Shown piece after piece: positions 45,886 through 59,081 of a DNA stretch of 64,000 nt. The notes beneath the pieces were generated by a model. It saw only the letters and a program-made list of their open reading frames with translations, did not search any database and was not told where the DNA came from. Position numbers and translations under genes: made by a program. Source of the DNA: Torpedo marmorata (Eukaryota); the NCBI GenBank assembly GCA_977017645.1, contig OZ360232.1:38564001-38628000 (forward strand), in the 5' to 3' direction. Each line of letters starts with the position of its first letter. Within the stretch, counting starts at the first letter, position 1.

Positions 45886-46829
45886 GTGAGGTGCTGCTGG
45901 AAATAAGCAAAATCGTCAAATATTTAATTTGGATGTGTACATTAGGAAATTTGGCTAAATCTCTAAAATGACACTCATAAAATGTGATAATTTTTGGTGC
46001 GCTTGCGACCAACAATCCACGTGCCCATTTTCTTTAGATATTTGTTTTACAAGGCATTTCCACCCTTTTTGCGCAAAAATGTAAGTCCAAGACATTTTAC
46101 ACGGGCATTATCAAATGCCCTGTTTCTCCATGTTCCGTTTGAGGTCGGATAAGCCAACCATCGAAATATGCATCTGTCTTGAGACATTTACAAGCATGCA
46201 ACTTAATAAGCGTGTTACAGACACTGTGGATATTTCTTCTGAAAGCAGAGCAGGGTTCCAACCAGGCTGTTAAAATCCCTTGGTTAATTTCTGGTCACAA
46301 TATTTTCCGCACAATCGTCCCAATTAATTATTTTAGCATGCTGCTTTGTCAGATAATCCCAGATTGATAATGTATATTGTATTCCAAAAGCAAAGAAAAC
46401 ATGCAGATACTGGGAAATGAAATATCATAGGAAAATGCTGGAAAATACTCAACAGGACTAGTATAAAACATGGAGGGAGGGACAAGAGTTAACATTTCAG
46501 GGTGATGAACAGATCAGGTTGGGGTGAAAGGTTATCAATTTGAAACGGCAACAGTAGTCCCTAAGAAACGTTGAATAACACTTATGAACTGAAACCATCA
46601 CGGGAGGTGATCAGATTTCAGATTCAGATTTCAGATTTATTGTCAGTGTACTACATGACATCACATACAACCCTGAGATACTTTTCTTCTGCGGGCGCGG
46701 CAGAATTACCACTTACGCGTGACCTTAAGCATACACATACAGAGCAAACTGTGATCAAAGCAATCCAGATACTGGTTCGATGCTTTTACTGGATGTGTCG
46801 TGGAATAAGAGAGAATTGATAGGTTATTG

Positions 46830-47640
46830 ATATTTGCTCTTGAGAAGGCTCTAATGAAGCAGAGCAAAGGCAGGTGAATTTAATACTGATTAATGCCAGT
46901 AGATTCAGCTTGAAATAATTAATGAAGGTGGGTAATACACAATAAATGGCGCTGCCCTGGGGAGTATTGTGGAGCATTGGGACATTGGCATAGGTCATAC
47001 GATCCCTCAAGGTGAAGAAGGTTCATGGGATCCTAGGCTTCGTTGGACAGGGGATAAGGTATCCGAGCATTGAGGATATAACATAGAAAGTCATTGGTTC
47101 GGCAGCAACAGGACTACATGCAGTTCTTGTGACCGCACGATAAGAAGGGCTTGGTTGCACTGGAGAGCAGGCAGAGCAGATTCACCACTTTTTTATCTGG
47201 GGAGGAGAATTTCAGTAGTAAGAAGAGACTGAGGGGAGTCTAGGTTTATTATCCTTGCAATGGAGAAGGTCGACGGTGGGCTTGATGGAGATACATACAT
47301 TTAAGTGGATCATAAACTGGGTAGATAATAGGAACATTTCCACAATAACAAATGTCAAAGTCCTAGTTTGTGGAAATGGCGAAGAGCTTTAGATAGAATT
47401 TGAGAAAGTACTCTTTTTCCCAGAGAATGGTGTAAATCAATAGCGCACTACTCCTGCTGGTGGTGGAAATGGGTAACTGACAACATTGCACAAGTATTGA
47501 GGTGAATATGTGAATTCCCAGACAGCAGAAAGTTCTGCACCGAGTTCCTATAATTTGAATCAGTGTTAGTGAATAACTGAGTGTCGCCTTGGACTGATGA
47601 GCCAAAGGGCATATATATATGCTGTAAAACTCTGCGACTT
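46830..47640 (+). mobile_element. old CR1 3' fragment
   Basis: Decayed, collinear with the CR1 ORF2 C-terminus and UTR; a positional paralogue of 30370-31810. Confidence 0.6.
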
Positions 47641-47807
47641 CTTTACAAAGCATAAGCAATGCGGTGACAATACACTCATTCGTATATTCTGGAAACTTGG
47701 TGGTTATGATCAGGCAATGTTATATTCCTCAAATTAGAAGTGTCAGGTTGGAGAAGTATTTCATAATCCAAGGATTTGGCACCTGTTGTCATTTTCCTAT
47801 ATTACAC

Positions 47808-48022
47808 GACGCTATTACAGCGCCAGCCGCCTGGATTCGAACCTGGCGCTCTCTGTAAGAAGTTTGTATGTTCTCCCCGTGTTTGCGTGGATTTTCCTCG
47901 AGTGCTCCAGTTTCTTTCCACCTTCCAAACCGTACGGGATTGTGGGTTAATTTGAGTATAATTGGACGGCAGGGGTTTAAATGGCCGGAATCGGCTTCTA
48001 CCAGGCTATAAATAGAAATAAA
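47808..48022 (+). mobile_element. V-SINE-like SINE, 5'-truncated
   Basis: GGATTCGAACC B box and core TTCTCCCCGTGTTTGCGTGGATTTTCCTC; similar to the reverse complement of 42660-42870. Confidence 0.75.
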
Positions 48023-49435
48023 AGATCCAGAAATTTAGAAGATTATCTTACAGCAGCTGGAGGCAGCTGATGAACTACTAGGTGGTGAGAGTGAATATTT
48101 GGAGAACAGAGTGAAAATTGTAGATATGTAAATTGTGATCAAGACCGGAAGCTTTGTTAAGGTAATGTGATAGCATATGAATGTTGTTGATGTTGCGCAT
48201 CTATTAAGGTGAAAATTGTTCATTCACAATATTGACCACTGCTTTGCAAGGTGGTAAAAGCCTATGGAGAATCAAGAAATTAGACTATCCATGCGGCATG
48301 GTAACCTAATGTTTAACCTATATTTATCGAGACCGTTTTGTTAAATGCCACTTAAGTCGTGTAATCAAGGGTGCTAATGTAATCAAATTCAAGAATGTGT
48401 GGATACACTTCTGCGTTTGGTCGTGGTCAACAGCAGGTCGAATATTGTTTTTTTTTGTCACTACACACTTGTAAACACAATTTGTCCTGGATTTGCTGCA
48501 TCAAATTTCAGAACACACGTTAATAATATGCAGTCATATGCAATTATCGACATTTGCAATGACTGCTGAAGTGTTTAAATGTTTGGTCAACCGTTCCATA
48601 GGATCTAAGATCTCATTGATTTCAAAGCAAATTAAGGATTTTCCAAAAATACAAGGCTTTCGATTTTTTTGGTTTTGTTCAATTTTTTAAAAAAAATTAC
48701 ACTGTGAGGATGTTAGTTGTTAATTTCATCTCACTTTTAACATTTTTGCTCTTGGAGTTACTTGCTTAATTTTAAGCCATTTTAAATGCTTCCAGATTGC
48801 AAAGACGTCCAAACAAAAGACCCTGGGAGTTTTTTCAGACTTTCGCACTTTCCACACTTAGTGCCTTTCCTTTTAAAATAAAACCGATCGTCCTTGCCTT
48901 TTGTTCCAACGCAGACTGTAATGAACTCACTAGAGTTAAAGTTAAAACCATGCCTATCACACAGAACTCCCCAGGCAAATTGACTGCAAAACTGAACATG
49001 AGTGCTTCTTGACGTGTCAAAAAAATAAATGCATAAAGGCCTTAGGTTTATAGAAACTCGCCACGGTGTCGTGAAGTGGAATTATCCCATCTAATAAAAC
49101 CACAGCTAAGTGCTAAATAAACATGTTTTTGCGAAATACGTAAATAAATTATTGACAGCTGAAATCACCTGGTCACGGTGAAGGTTAACAGGTGTTAACA
49201 GAAACTGTATATTCTGTCACTGCAGGCACCAGTCTTCCAGCCATGAAATAAAACGTTGACATTCTAGAAATTCGTTTTCAAATATTCCTGATCTCCAGCT
49301 TCTTTAAAGTGGTATTTTTCTATTTTCACAGATGCTGACAACCCTCTATTGCGTTCTTCCAGGACTTTCCTTCATCCTTTCAGCGATGCAACAACTGTAT
49401 GTCTTTACAGGGGTAGTCTACTTATTTGTGTAAAT

Positions 49436-49806
49436 CAGTGGTTTTCAAACTTTTTCTTTCCACTCACATACCACCTTCAGTAATCTCTATGCCATTTGTG
49501 CTCTGTGATTAGTAAGGGATTACTTAAGATGGTATGCGAGTGGAAAGAAAACATTTGAAAACCACTGTTTTAATCGTACCTAATTGACTCGTTATGTGCA
49601 AGGTTTCATAAACTCAAAAGGAAATGGGCCAAAGACAATTTTTATCAAGCAAATTATTTCAGTAACAATTGGGTCTAGTGGTTCTCAACCTTTTTGTCCC
49701 ACTCACATACCACCTTAAGTAATCCCTTACTAATCACAGAGCACCTATGGCATAGGGATTACTTAAAGTGGTATGTGAGTGGAAAGAAAAAGTTTGAAAA
49801 CCACTG
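49436..49806. mobile_element. hAT-type MITE, compound form
   Basis: Perfect TSD GTGTAAAT (49428-49435, 49807-49814). The paralogous empty site is GTGTGAAT at ~33741. Confidence 0.93.
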
Positions 49807-50104
49807 GTGTAAATTATTAAAATACGGTTCTGTTCTAAAACTAGATCATCTCAATGAAATGAAGTGACAATTCCTTCTTCAATGTATAGAGATGATTGCG
49901 TCTCATACATTATAATTGAGAGCGAATAGTTGCTGGAAATTCAAGGTGTGCATGTACCGTCAATAGAATTGGATGCTGGACCACGGTGATATTTCCATTA
50001 CAGTTCAAAAAGAGATTCTCCATACTTAGTGTTTCATATATTAGATTTCGAAACACCGAACGGTGGAAATTCAGGAGAAATGAAAAGAGCTGTACAAAAG
50101 GTTA

Positions 50105-50315
50105 AAATAAATTTTAATTGTGCAACCTTAAATAGAGCAAATATTCTGCGCAACTTTAAGTACTTCCAGCTTTAAGAAACTACCAGAATCTTGATTGGTG
50201 GAATATCAATGAGTTTCGCCTCCAATCGGGAGCTGAGATACGATCAGTGATCCGCACAGCCCCCTTCACGACGCAGCAATCTCACGTCAGGTCAGACACA
50301 GAGAGAAAACAGGAT
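50105..50315 (+). promoter_or_regulatory. conserved Pcdh promoter block (gene 6, subtype A)
   Basis: GCTTTAAGAAA (50169-50179), TGATTGG...CCAATCGG, GTGATCCGCACAGCCCCCTTCA (50247-50268). Confidence 0.8.
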
Positions 50316-50520
50316 AACCAGCGGCTCCGTGGGCTTGTTCCTGGAGTCCTCGTGTAATTTTGGCCAAAATGCGAGAATTTTAATGAAACAAGTCAAGCGA
50401 TTCGCAAGAGGGATGGTATGTTTTGTATCGGGTTTATTCTATTTAACATCGATGCACTGTTGAAAGAACAATGAACAATAGAGTCCAGGCCTGAAACCAT
50501 TGGAATGACTTCCACTGGAA

Positions 50521-52977
50521 ATGAGATATAAAATATATTGGTTGCTAAAATGCCAATTGTTGTGCTGTGTGTTCTCCCCGGTGGTTCTTGTATCTGGACA
50601 GATTCGTTATTCTGTACCTGAAGAGCTGCAACTAGGAGCCTTTGTTGGGAACATCGCTGCCGATTTAGCATCAGATGTAACGCAGCTTTCGGCTCGCGGT
50701 ATGAGGTTAGTGCCGGGTCCAAGGAGGCAGTATTTCGACGTAAATTTGGAGAATGGAATTTTATTTGTGAAGGAAAGGATCGACAGGGAACAGCTTTGTG
50801 GGTCGAATCTCGATTGTCGATTAGCCTTCGATGTTGTGCTTGAAAATCCCCTGAACCTGTACCAGGTAGAAGTGGATATTCTTGACGTAAATGACAATGC
50901 CCCCGTTTTCCCAAAAAGCCAGTTACGCCTTGAAATTTCAGAGTTTGCAGCACCGGGAATGCGATTTCCCCTTGAACACGCACACGATCCGGACATTGGC
51001 AATAACTCATTGCAAACCTACCAGCTGCAACCGAACGAATATTTTACTCTCGATGTACAACTTCGTAGTGGGAAGGGCAAGTCGCCAGTCTTGCTGTTGC
51101 AGAAGCATTTGGACAGAGAAGTCATGCAAACACACAGTTTAACGTTAACAGCCCGGGACGGCGGTTTGCCTCCGAGATCGGGAACGGTTCAGATTATAGT
51201 CACAGTGCAGGATGTAAATGACAACTCGCCTGTTTTCTCTCAGTCGGTTTATAGGGTCCGTCTGTTAGAATCTGCACCTAAAGGGGCCCTGGTCATCACG
51301 TTGAACGCTACTGATATGGATGATGGCCTCAATGCGGAGATAATGTATTCTCTCAGTCGCCATATTTCTCCTACTGCCCGTAAACTTTTCGATCTGAACT
51401 CCAAAACTGGTGAAATCAGACTCAAGGGGAAATTGGACTATGAAGAAAGCAAGGTCTTTGAAATTAACATACAGGCAATGGATAAGGGTTCAGGCGCTAT
51501 TCCTGTGTACTGTGATGTATTGGTTGAAATCATCGACGTGAATGATAACGCGCCAGAGGTGACCTTCCGGTCATTGTCAACAACAGTTTCGGAAGACGCT
51601 GCACCCGGGACGATAGTGGCTCTGTTCAGTGCAGACGACAGAGATTCTGGACAAAATGGTGAGGTACATTGTCAGGTTTCAAATCAGCTGCCCTTTGTTT
51701 TGAATTCATCCATAAAGAACTATTACAGAATTGTTGTACAACAGCCACTGGATCGGGAAAGCAACCCCAAATATGATATTACTATAACATGCATCGATTC
51801 CGGGAACCCTCCCCTGACTTCCAGGAAAACCATCCGGGTAAAGGTTTCAGATATAAATGACAACGCACCAAAGTTTTCTCGTCCCGTGTACACGGCAAAT
51901 GTTCAAGAAAACAATGGTATTGGGGCTTCTATATTTTCCGTGACTGCCTTTGATCCCGATGTTGGACAAAACGCTCGACTGAATTTTTCTATCATGCCGT
52001 CTCTCGACCGGAATTCCACAATAAACTCTTATGTCTCGATTAATTCAGAGACTGGCGTCATACATGCTCAGAGAGTTTTTGACTACGAACAACTGAAGAA
52101 CTTCAAGATCCAAGTTGAAGTGCAGGATTCTGGTGCGCCAGCACTCAGCAGTAATGCTTCAGTGAATGTTGTGATCCTTGATCAGAATGACAATGCTCCG
52201 GTGATTATACACCCTTTACCTGAATATGGATCGACAGCAATAGAAACAATATCCAAGTTTGCAGAACCGGGATACTTGGTTGTCAAGATATCGGCAACTG
52301 ATGCCGACTCTGGTCAGAACTCTCGACTTTCTTATCAGATTTTTCAGGCTACTCATAACCTTTTTACAATTTCCGCAGACACAGGCGAAGTTTGGACCAT
52401 CCGTCGAATTTTGAAAAATGATGCCTCCAATCAAAGGCTGCTGATTGTGGTAAAAGATCATGGAATTCCATGCCTCTCTGCCACTGTGACTCTAGTGCTC
52501 TCTGTGGTTGGAACTGATAGTGAAACGTTCTCCAGTGTCAGCAGTCCGTCGTCAGAGCCTAGATTCAGACCTGAACTTAGTCTTTCGTTGGTTATAGCTT
52601 TAGGAGTCATATCTATCGCTTTCCTTATCATTTTAGTTGTCCTCGCCATTAAAGTTCACAAAAGCAGAAACGGCATCCTATACCAACACCGTTCCCTGGG
52701 TACTTGTTGTTGCTTTGAATCAATACATTCATTGAATGGAATTCAGAAGGCCAGTAAAAGCCTTCAGATACCACCAAACTATGTTGAAGTATTTGGAGGT
52801 GACCCACTCTCCCAAAGCTTCCGCTATGAGTCATGTTCAACGTTACAGTCTGCCAAGAGAGATGTTATTATCCCCAACAGGTGCAGATCCTCTGCAAACA
52901 AAGAGATTGCATTGAACGCATCGATTGGAAAAGAAAATATTGCAATGGTGAACCCTGTAAAATACAGCTTTTCTGAG
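50521..52977 (+). CDS. clustered protocadherin variable exon 6 (subtype A), 819 codons
   Basis: Six cadherin repeats and TM, with a one-codon deletion in EC6 (QATHNLF); donor GAG|GTGAGA at 52978. Confidence 0.95.
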
Positions 52978-54384
52978 GTGAGATGATTGTACACAGAAGG
53001 CCAGCCATTGAATACACATTTAATTTCGTGAGCCACCAGTAAATTAACATAAACAGAATGAACGGTACACCTTTAAACACAAAACAGTTTTCTCTGCTCG
53101 TTTTAATTCAATAATGGGTTCTTGCATGGTGATTTTATGGGTATATTGATTGCATATTATTGTAATGTATAACCAAGCAGTTCTGAATCAATGTTCTTGA
53201 AGTCCGAAGGCGTTGGAGGGTCACTTTTAATTCTTCTTTCTAATTCTCTAATATCGAGATCAATTAGGAACACTTTGGTATTTAAGACCACAACAGTCCT
53301 TCCAGTCGAGAACAAAACTTGTTTGTCCATGATGTAGTCTCCTCTGCAATTTGTTTCAAATTTCCAGCAACTGCGTAATTCTATACATCACTGTTCCAAC
53401 ATTTTATTTTCCTAATTAGCTCTAACTACCTTAATTCTTCTGCCTCTATCTAACCCCTCCTCCCCCCCCCGCCTCCCCGTATGTCCTTCGGGCGGCAGAG
53501 CTATACAATCAAGTTCTCGGCCCTATCACAGATATGCCGTTTTCATTCATACCCTCACATAAGTCACCAGAACCTTTTGCCCCTGAAAACATGTTTAGTT
53601 TTCTCATCTTTTCAATTCAGATTAAGGGGCATTAAGACAATACGTTAACACTGGATCCCCCTCCTCCCATGCTACCTTCCCTGCCGTGCATCGCCAAGAT
53701 TTCCTGCGTTATCCTTTGGATATAGTTACTGAGTTTAAAAAGCGTTCCAGGCACATGTGCACAACAACAAAATAAAAACACTTTTTGTGTCATTGCACGA
53801 TGGAGATGTATCGTAGAGGATGTGGTTATTGGGGAATGGTTTATTCTCTGATATGGGCATAAAACCTTTGCACTGTTTAAATGAACCCTAGAGAAGACAT
53901 CCATGCTGACTTTACTCAGCAGTATTTTTTAAATTAAAAACAAAACATTATATGGACAGTATCACAATACTGTTGGGAACTGGGTGTTCACAAATTGGCT
54001 GCATTTCTTTCCCGAAATTAGAGCAGTAATACAGACGTTTGTTGTTGTTGGGAATGTTTTGCGATCTTCTTTTGGCACATCAAAATAAAAGGACATTCTA
54101 ACCGGAACAGTGGTCAGGTCGTCCGCCCTCTAAGCATTTAGACATTCATGCGTAAATCTCTGCACATGAAGTTCAACACACACGTACAAAATACTTGTCT
54201 TCAGAGTAGTTATCATCCAGTCTGATAATGTAACAAAGCAATGCCAAAGGTTAACACATAAGTATGCGGAAATGTCTTAGTTTCAGGCCATCCCAAATTG
54301 AAATTGTTGTCTTAAGCAGTGTTGACAAATTGATGTCCTTGAGTCAATAACGTATTGCTTTGCTCAGCGATAATTTCTCTGGAG

Positions 54385-54760
54385 TAGTGCTTTTCAAACT
54401 GCCCCCCTAAACGCACATTCCACCGTAAGAAATCCCTATGCCATAAGTGCTCTGTGATTAGTAAGGGATTGCTTAAGGTGGTATGTGAGTGGAAAGAAAA
54501 AGGTTTGAAAACCACTGTTTTAATCGTACCTAATTGGCTTGTTATGTGCACGGTTTCATAACTCCAAAGCAAATGGGCCAATGACAATTTTTCTCAAAAA
54601 AGAATTTCCGTAACAATTGGCTCTAGAGCAGTGGTTCTCAACCTTCCCTTCCCAATCACATACCACCTTAAGCAATCCCTTACCAATCACAGAGAACTTA
54701 TGGCATAGGGATTGCTTAAGGTGGAATCTGAGTTTAGGGGGGGCAGTTTGAAATCCACTG
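54385..54760. mobile_element. hAT-type MITE, compound form
   Basis: Collinear with 22086-22459; flanks CTCTGGAG / CTCTAGAG (TSD, one mismatch). Confidence 0.9.
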
Positions 54761-55829
54761 CTCTAGAGCATGTTGTGGTAAGACGCCCTCTTGTCCCACT
54801 ATGATTCGTGTGGTAAGCGTGTTCTTACCTTCATATTGTGGAGTGATTTCCAGAGGTTTGCCTCGATGGTAATGAAGGGACAATATCTTTGTGTTCAAAC
54901 AGGATGATGCGACACGAGGTTTTGGTGGCATCAGTGCGCTGTTGCTCTTGAACGTCTTGGTTCGAGATAGTAGGACTTTGGAAATGCTGTGAAGAGATAT
55001 TAGTGAATTAGAGTGGTACATTTCGTGGCAGCGGCATAATATCGAAGGTATTTTTGTGCATTGCTAAACAAGCTGAAAGCTTCGTTCTCTAATTAATGAA
55101 CTTGCTGATTTGTCGTAGATACCTATCGAGGCGAATGGAGAATATCTTAAATATAATTCTGATTACCTTTTTCTTCGTGATGGAAATTCAAACTTATTGA
55201 TACGTGTACCCAGGTACAGTGAGAAAGTTCCTTTTGCGTGCAATCCAGTGAATCAAATCATGCACTATATGGCATTAAAACACAATGCATTACAGGATTA
55301 CAGAAAGATATCAGTAAGAACAGACAGCCCCCAAAGTCCATTGAAACCAGGCACGTTGTCTCATGTCACAGAAAATATGTGTACGTAACGAGTTCGAATG
55401 TTTCTGACAAATAATGAGACATAGGTTGATAGAACATAAGCCTTCGACATGCTCTTGTTTCCTTGTGTACTTGCATTTCTGTGTTGGCGAGATTGGGAAA
55501 TGTTTCAATGAAACATCAGTGAGTCAATGTAATAATTCTGCAGTGAAGTGAATGAACGTTTAAGGCGTTTAATATACTGCTGTTCACTGAATGTTTTGCT
55601 CTGAATCATGTTGAGTATTTTGAGTGCAGTTCCAGTTACGTATCTAGATATTTATAAACGATTCCAACAAAACACCAAGTTGTGACTTCTATCTGGTGGA
55701 AGACTAGAGAATCCAACCCCCTCTCCCCAACACCCCTGAAATCTAATTTATGGTGTGCTGTTGTAATCATTGCATTATTGTAGCTAATTCAGTCGTTTCT
55801 GATAAATGGTGAAACCAATATTGACCCAA

Positions 55830-56680
55830 TCTAGATTTAATAATTACAGTGTGAGTAATGGGAGGAGGTGGTTATCATGCCTGTTTCTGGGGAATTCTGA
55901 ATTGTTTTGCTTTCAGCCGTCAGAGGTGCATGCGATACAACTGTAAAAGTAAAATATTAACTTACCACAAAAACAAGACAGAACAATAGATACAAATATC
56001 AAAGGTAGACAAATAAATATTCACAGTTGCAGCTAGTAGAAGGAAAAGAATAAACTTTCAATCGTGCATCCAGATCTTTTTGTAGCCCTGTGGGAGTTAC
56101 GGTTCAGGTTAAAGTCGTAAGGGGAGGTTCATGAGCCTGATGGTTGAGGATAAAAATTGTTCTTGAACCTGGAGGTGCTGGACTTCAGTTTCTGTGACTT
56201 CTGCCTGAGGTTAGCAGCGAGAAGAGATTGTGACCAAAGTGACATGGGTTATTTATGCTGTTGGCAGCCCTCTCGAGGCAGCGTCACACGTGGATGCTTT
56301 CAGTGGAGGAGAGGTCGGTGCCTCTGATGGACATGTCTAGGTTTGTCACTTTCTGCTGCCTTCTGCACTCCCAGGCACTCGAGTTTCCAAAGCAGGCCGT
56401 GATATAACCAGACAGTATACTTTCCACAGTCCAGCTGTGGACATTCGATAGAGCATTGACAACATGCCAAATCTCAGTTCTAAATAAAGTAGAGGCATTC
56501 GTGTGCGTTCTCCTTGGTTACCTCGATGGACTGGCTCCAGGAGAGGTCCGATATGTGGACTCCCAGGAACATCCCACTGCTGTTCTGTCAATGAAGACGG
56601 GTCCCTCGGCCTCCCCTTCCGAAAGTACACAATAAACTCCTTTGACTTCCTGACATTGAGGGTATTATTGTTAGGAATAC
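55830..56680 (-). mobile_element. Rex/Babar-type LINE 3' fragment, decayed
   Basis: Minus-strand NNNTLNVRKSKEFIVYFRK matches [17 protein letters not shown] of the 39825 element. Confidence 0.6.
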
Positions 56681-57128
56681 ATATTACCTCAATAAACAAT
56701 CAAAGTGTCAGAATTGTTTTGGACTTGTTCCATAAGGGTACAGAGTGCTTCCTTATATTAGGATTAAATAAATATAAATAACGTGTGGTTGTCAGTAAAC
56801 TCGCCAACACATATTATTTTTCTGGTTTTTTTGGAAGTATCTGAGATTGAAGCGTCCAGGCAAAGTTCCAAAGAGATATTCCAGGAATAAATTGACTCTG
56901 GAAATAGTTGTCTTTCAACATTCGATATTGTTCTTCTTTGGATATTGGATGAGGGTGTCACAGGCAATACTAATAATTTACCTCTCCATAAATGCCCTTG
57001 ACCAAATGCGGCTGAGACATATTCGTCAACCAATGCAGTCCTTGTGCTCTTGGCTGCTCCGAAATTTTATTGAGCAGGAGGTTCCAAGATTTAGAACTAA
57101 TATCAATAACGAATGGTGCTATATAATT

Positions 57129-57975
57129 AGAATCAGAATCAATCTCGGGTTGAAACCATTAACATGTCACGAAATTCTTTGTTTTGCGGCAGAATTACAG
57201 TGAAAATATTGCTATAAGTTACATTTCAAAAATAAATAAAGTGCAAGAAAATAGGAGAAAGTGAGGTAGTCTGTTCAGAAATCTGATGGCAGAGGGAAAG
57301 AAGCTGTCCTTGTGACTCAGGGTGTTCGTCTTCAGGTTCCTGTACCTTTTTCCTGATGGTAGCAGTATGAACACGGCATGGCCTGGGTGATGAGGGTTCT
57401 TGGTGATAGAGGCTGCTTTCTCAAGACACCGCCTCTTGTAGATGTCCTCGATGGAGTGAAGACTGGTGCCCGTGATGTCGCTGGCCGAGTTAACAACTCT
57501 CTGGATTTTTTTTCCTGTCCTGTGCATTGGCCCCTCCCGACGAGACAGTGATGCAACCAGTCAGAATGCTCTCCATGCAGACATTTTTGAGAGTCTTGGG
57601 TGACATACCAAATCTCCTCAAACCCCTCACGAAGTATAGCCGCTGGCGAGCCTTCTTCAAGATTGCATCAACATCGAGGCCTCAGGACAGATCCTCAGAG
57701 ATTTTGACACCCAGGAATATAAAATACTTAACCCTTTCCACTGCTGACCCCTCGCTGAGGACTGGTTCGTGTTCTCCTGATTTCCCCCTCCTGAAGTCCA
57801 CAATCAGTTCCTTAGTTTTGCTGACGTTGAGTGCAAGGTTGTTGCTGTGACACCATTCAACTAGCTGATCTATCTCACTCCTGTACGCTTCCTCATTGCC
57901 GTCTGTGATTCTGCCGAGAACAGTGGTGTCAACGGCAAATTTTTAGACGGCATTTGAATTGTGCCAAGCCATTGA
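57129..57975 (-). mobile_element. Rex/Babar-type LINE 3' fragment
   Basis: Minus-strand F..DTTV core, LPSGKRYR and DSFFPSAIRFLN C-terminus, and a (TCTGAT)n-type tail near 57130. Confidence 0.78.
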
Positions 57976-58682
57976 GGGAGCTCACTTTGCTCTTGTTGGG
58001 CACCGGGATGATTGATGCCCTTTTGAAGCAGGTTGGAACTTTAATTACTCGTTAATGTTAAACATATATCAGTAATGAAACCAGATAATTTTAATATACC
58101 TGGGAGAATAATAGTTTTCGATTCAGTGCAGTAACATCGTACAAATTAATCCCATGATGACTTCTGAAGTATTGCCTGCAGATTTTGTCTAATGTTCAGG
58201 TTGGAAAGAGTTTTGACATGATTACAGTCTGCTTTAGATTTTAAACAAAAGCTTTTGCATGCAAGCCCTTAAGTATGAAAAGTGATGGAGAAAGCATAAG
58301 TTATGGTTTTTTTAAATTGTTGTGGACAGTATGGATGAAAGCTAACTTTACAGAAGTGAAATTATGTTCCACGGGTTAGTGTAAAACCGGTTATTTGGGA
58401 AAAAAACTTTTTTTGTTTTTGTTGTGTTCAAGGAAGTAATAACACTGTTCCTTGAGTCGTAATTAACATGAGGAACAATTGTAAAACAAAATTAAATGAA
58501 TAGTAATGGAGGATCCGCATATTTTAATTCACAACATGGGGAAATAAGTGGTTACTTGTGATCATGCTCTTGACGCCATTTATTTTTATATTCGATCTTT
58601 AAGATACTCGTTGCATCGTGGTTCCTGAAACTTCGGTTCTGGAGCTAACTTTCCGCAAAGACAAATATCCAATATGCTGAAA

Positions 58683-58885
58683 GAAATTTCAGGTGTGCAA
58701 CAATAAATGTAACAGATCTGCGCCAAATTAGGTAGTTCTTGCTTTAAGAAAAGAGCTGAATTTTCATTGGTCAAACGTGAACGCAACATTGCCCACCAAT
58801 CAGAAGCTGAGATGTGCCTGGTGATCTGCACAGCCCCCGACAATAACCAGCCGCCATCGCGTAAGTTCAGACGCCGTTAAAACCG
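58683..58885 (+). promoter_or_regulatory. conserved Pcdh promoter block (gene 7, subtype B)
   Basis: GCTTTAAGAAA (58741-58751), ATTGG...CCAATCAG, GTGATCTGCACAGCCCCC (58821-58838). Confidence 0.78.
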
Positions 58886-59081
58886 AAGAGCAAGCAGCTC
58901 TCGGGGATTTGTGCACGGTTCCTCCCGAATTCGAGACAGCATGGGAACACGTCAATGAAAATATTCGAGCACTTTGCAAAAGGTACAGATATGGTCTGCC
59001 TCGCATTTGTCCTATTTAAATTAAATCGCTGTTGAAAGGCATTGTCTTGGGTTGAAACCATTGGAATGATTTCTCCTGGAA

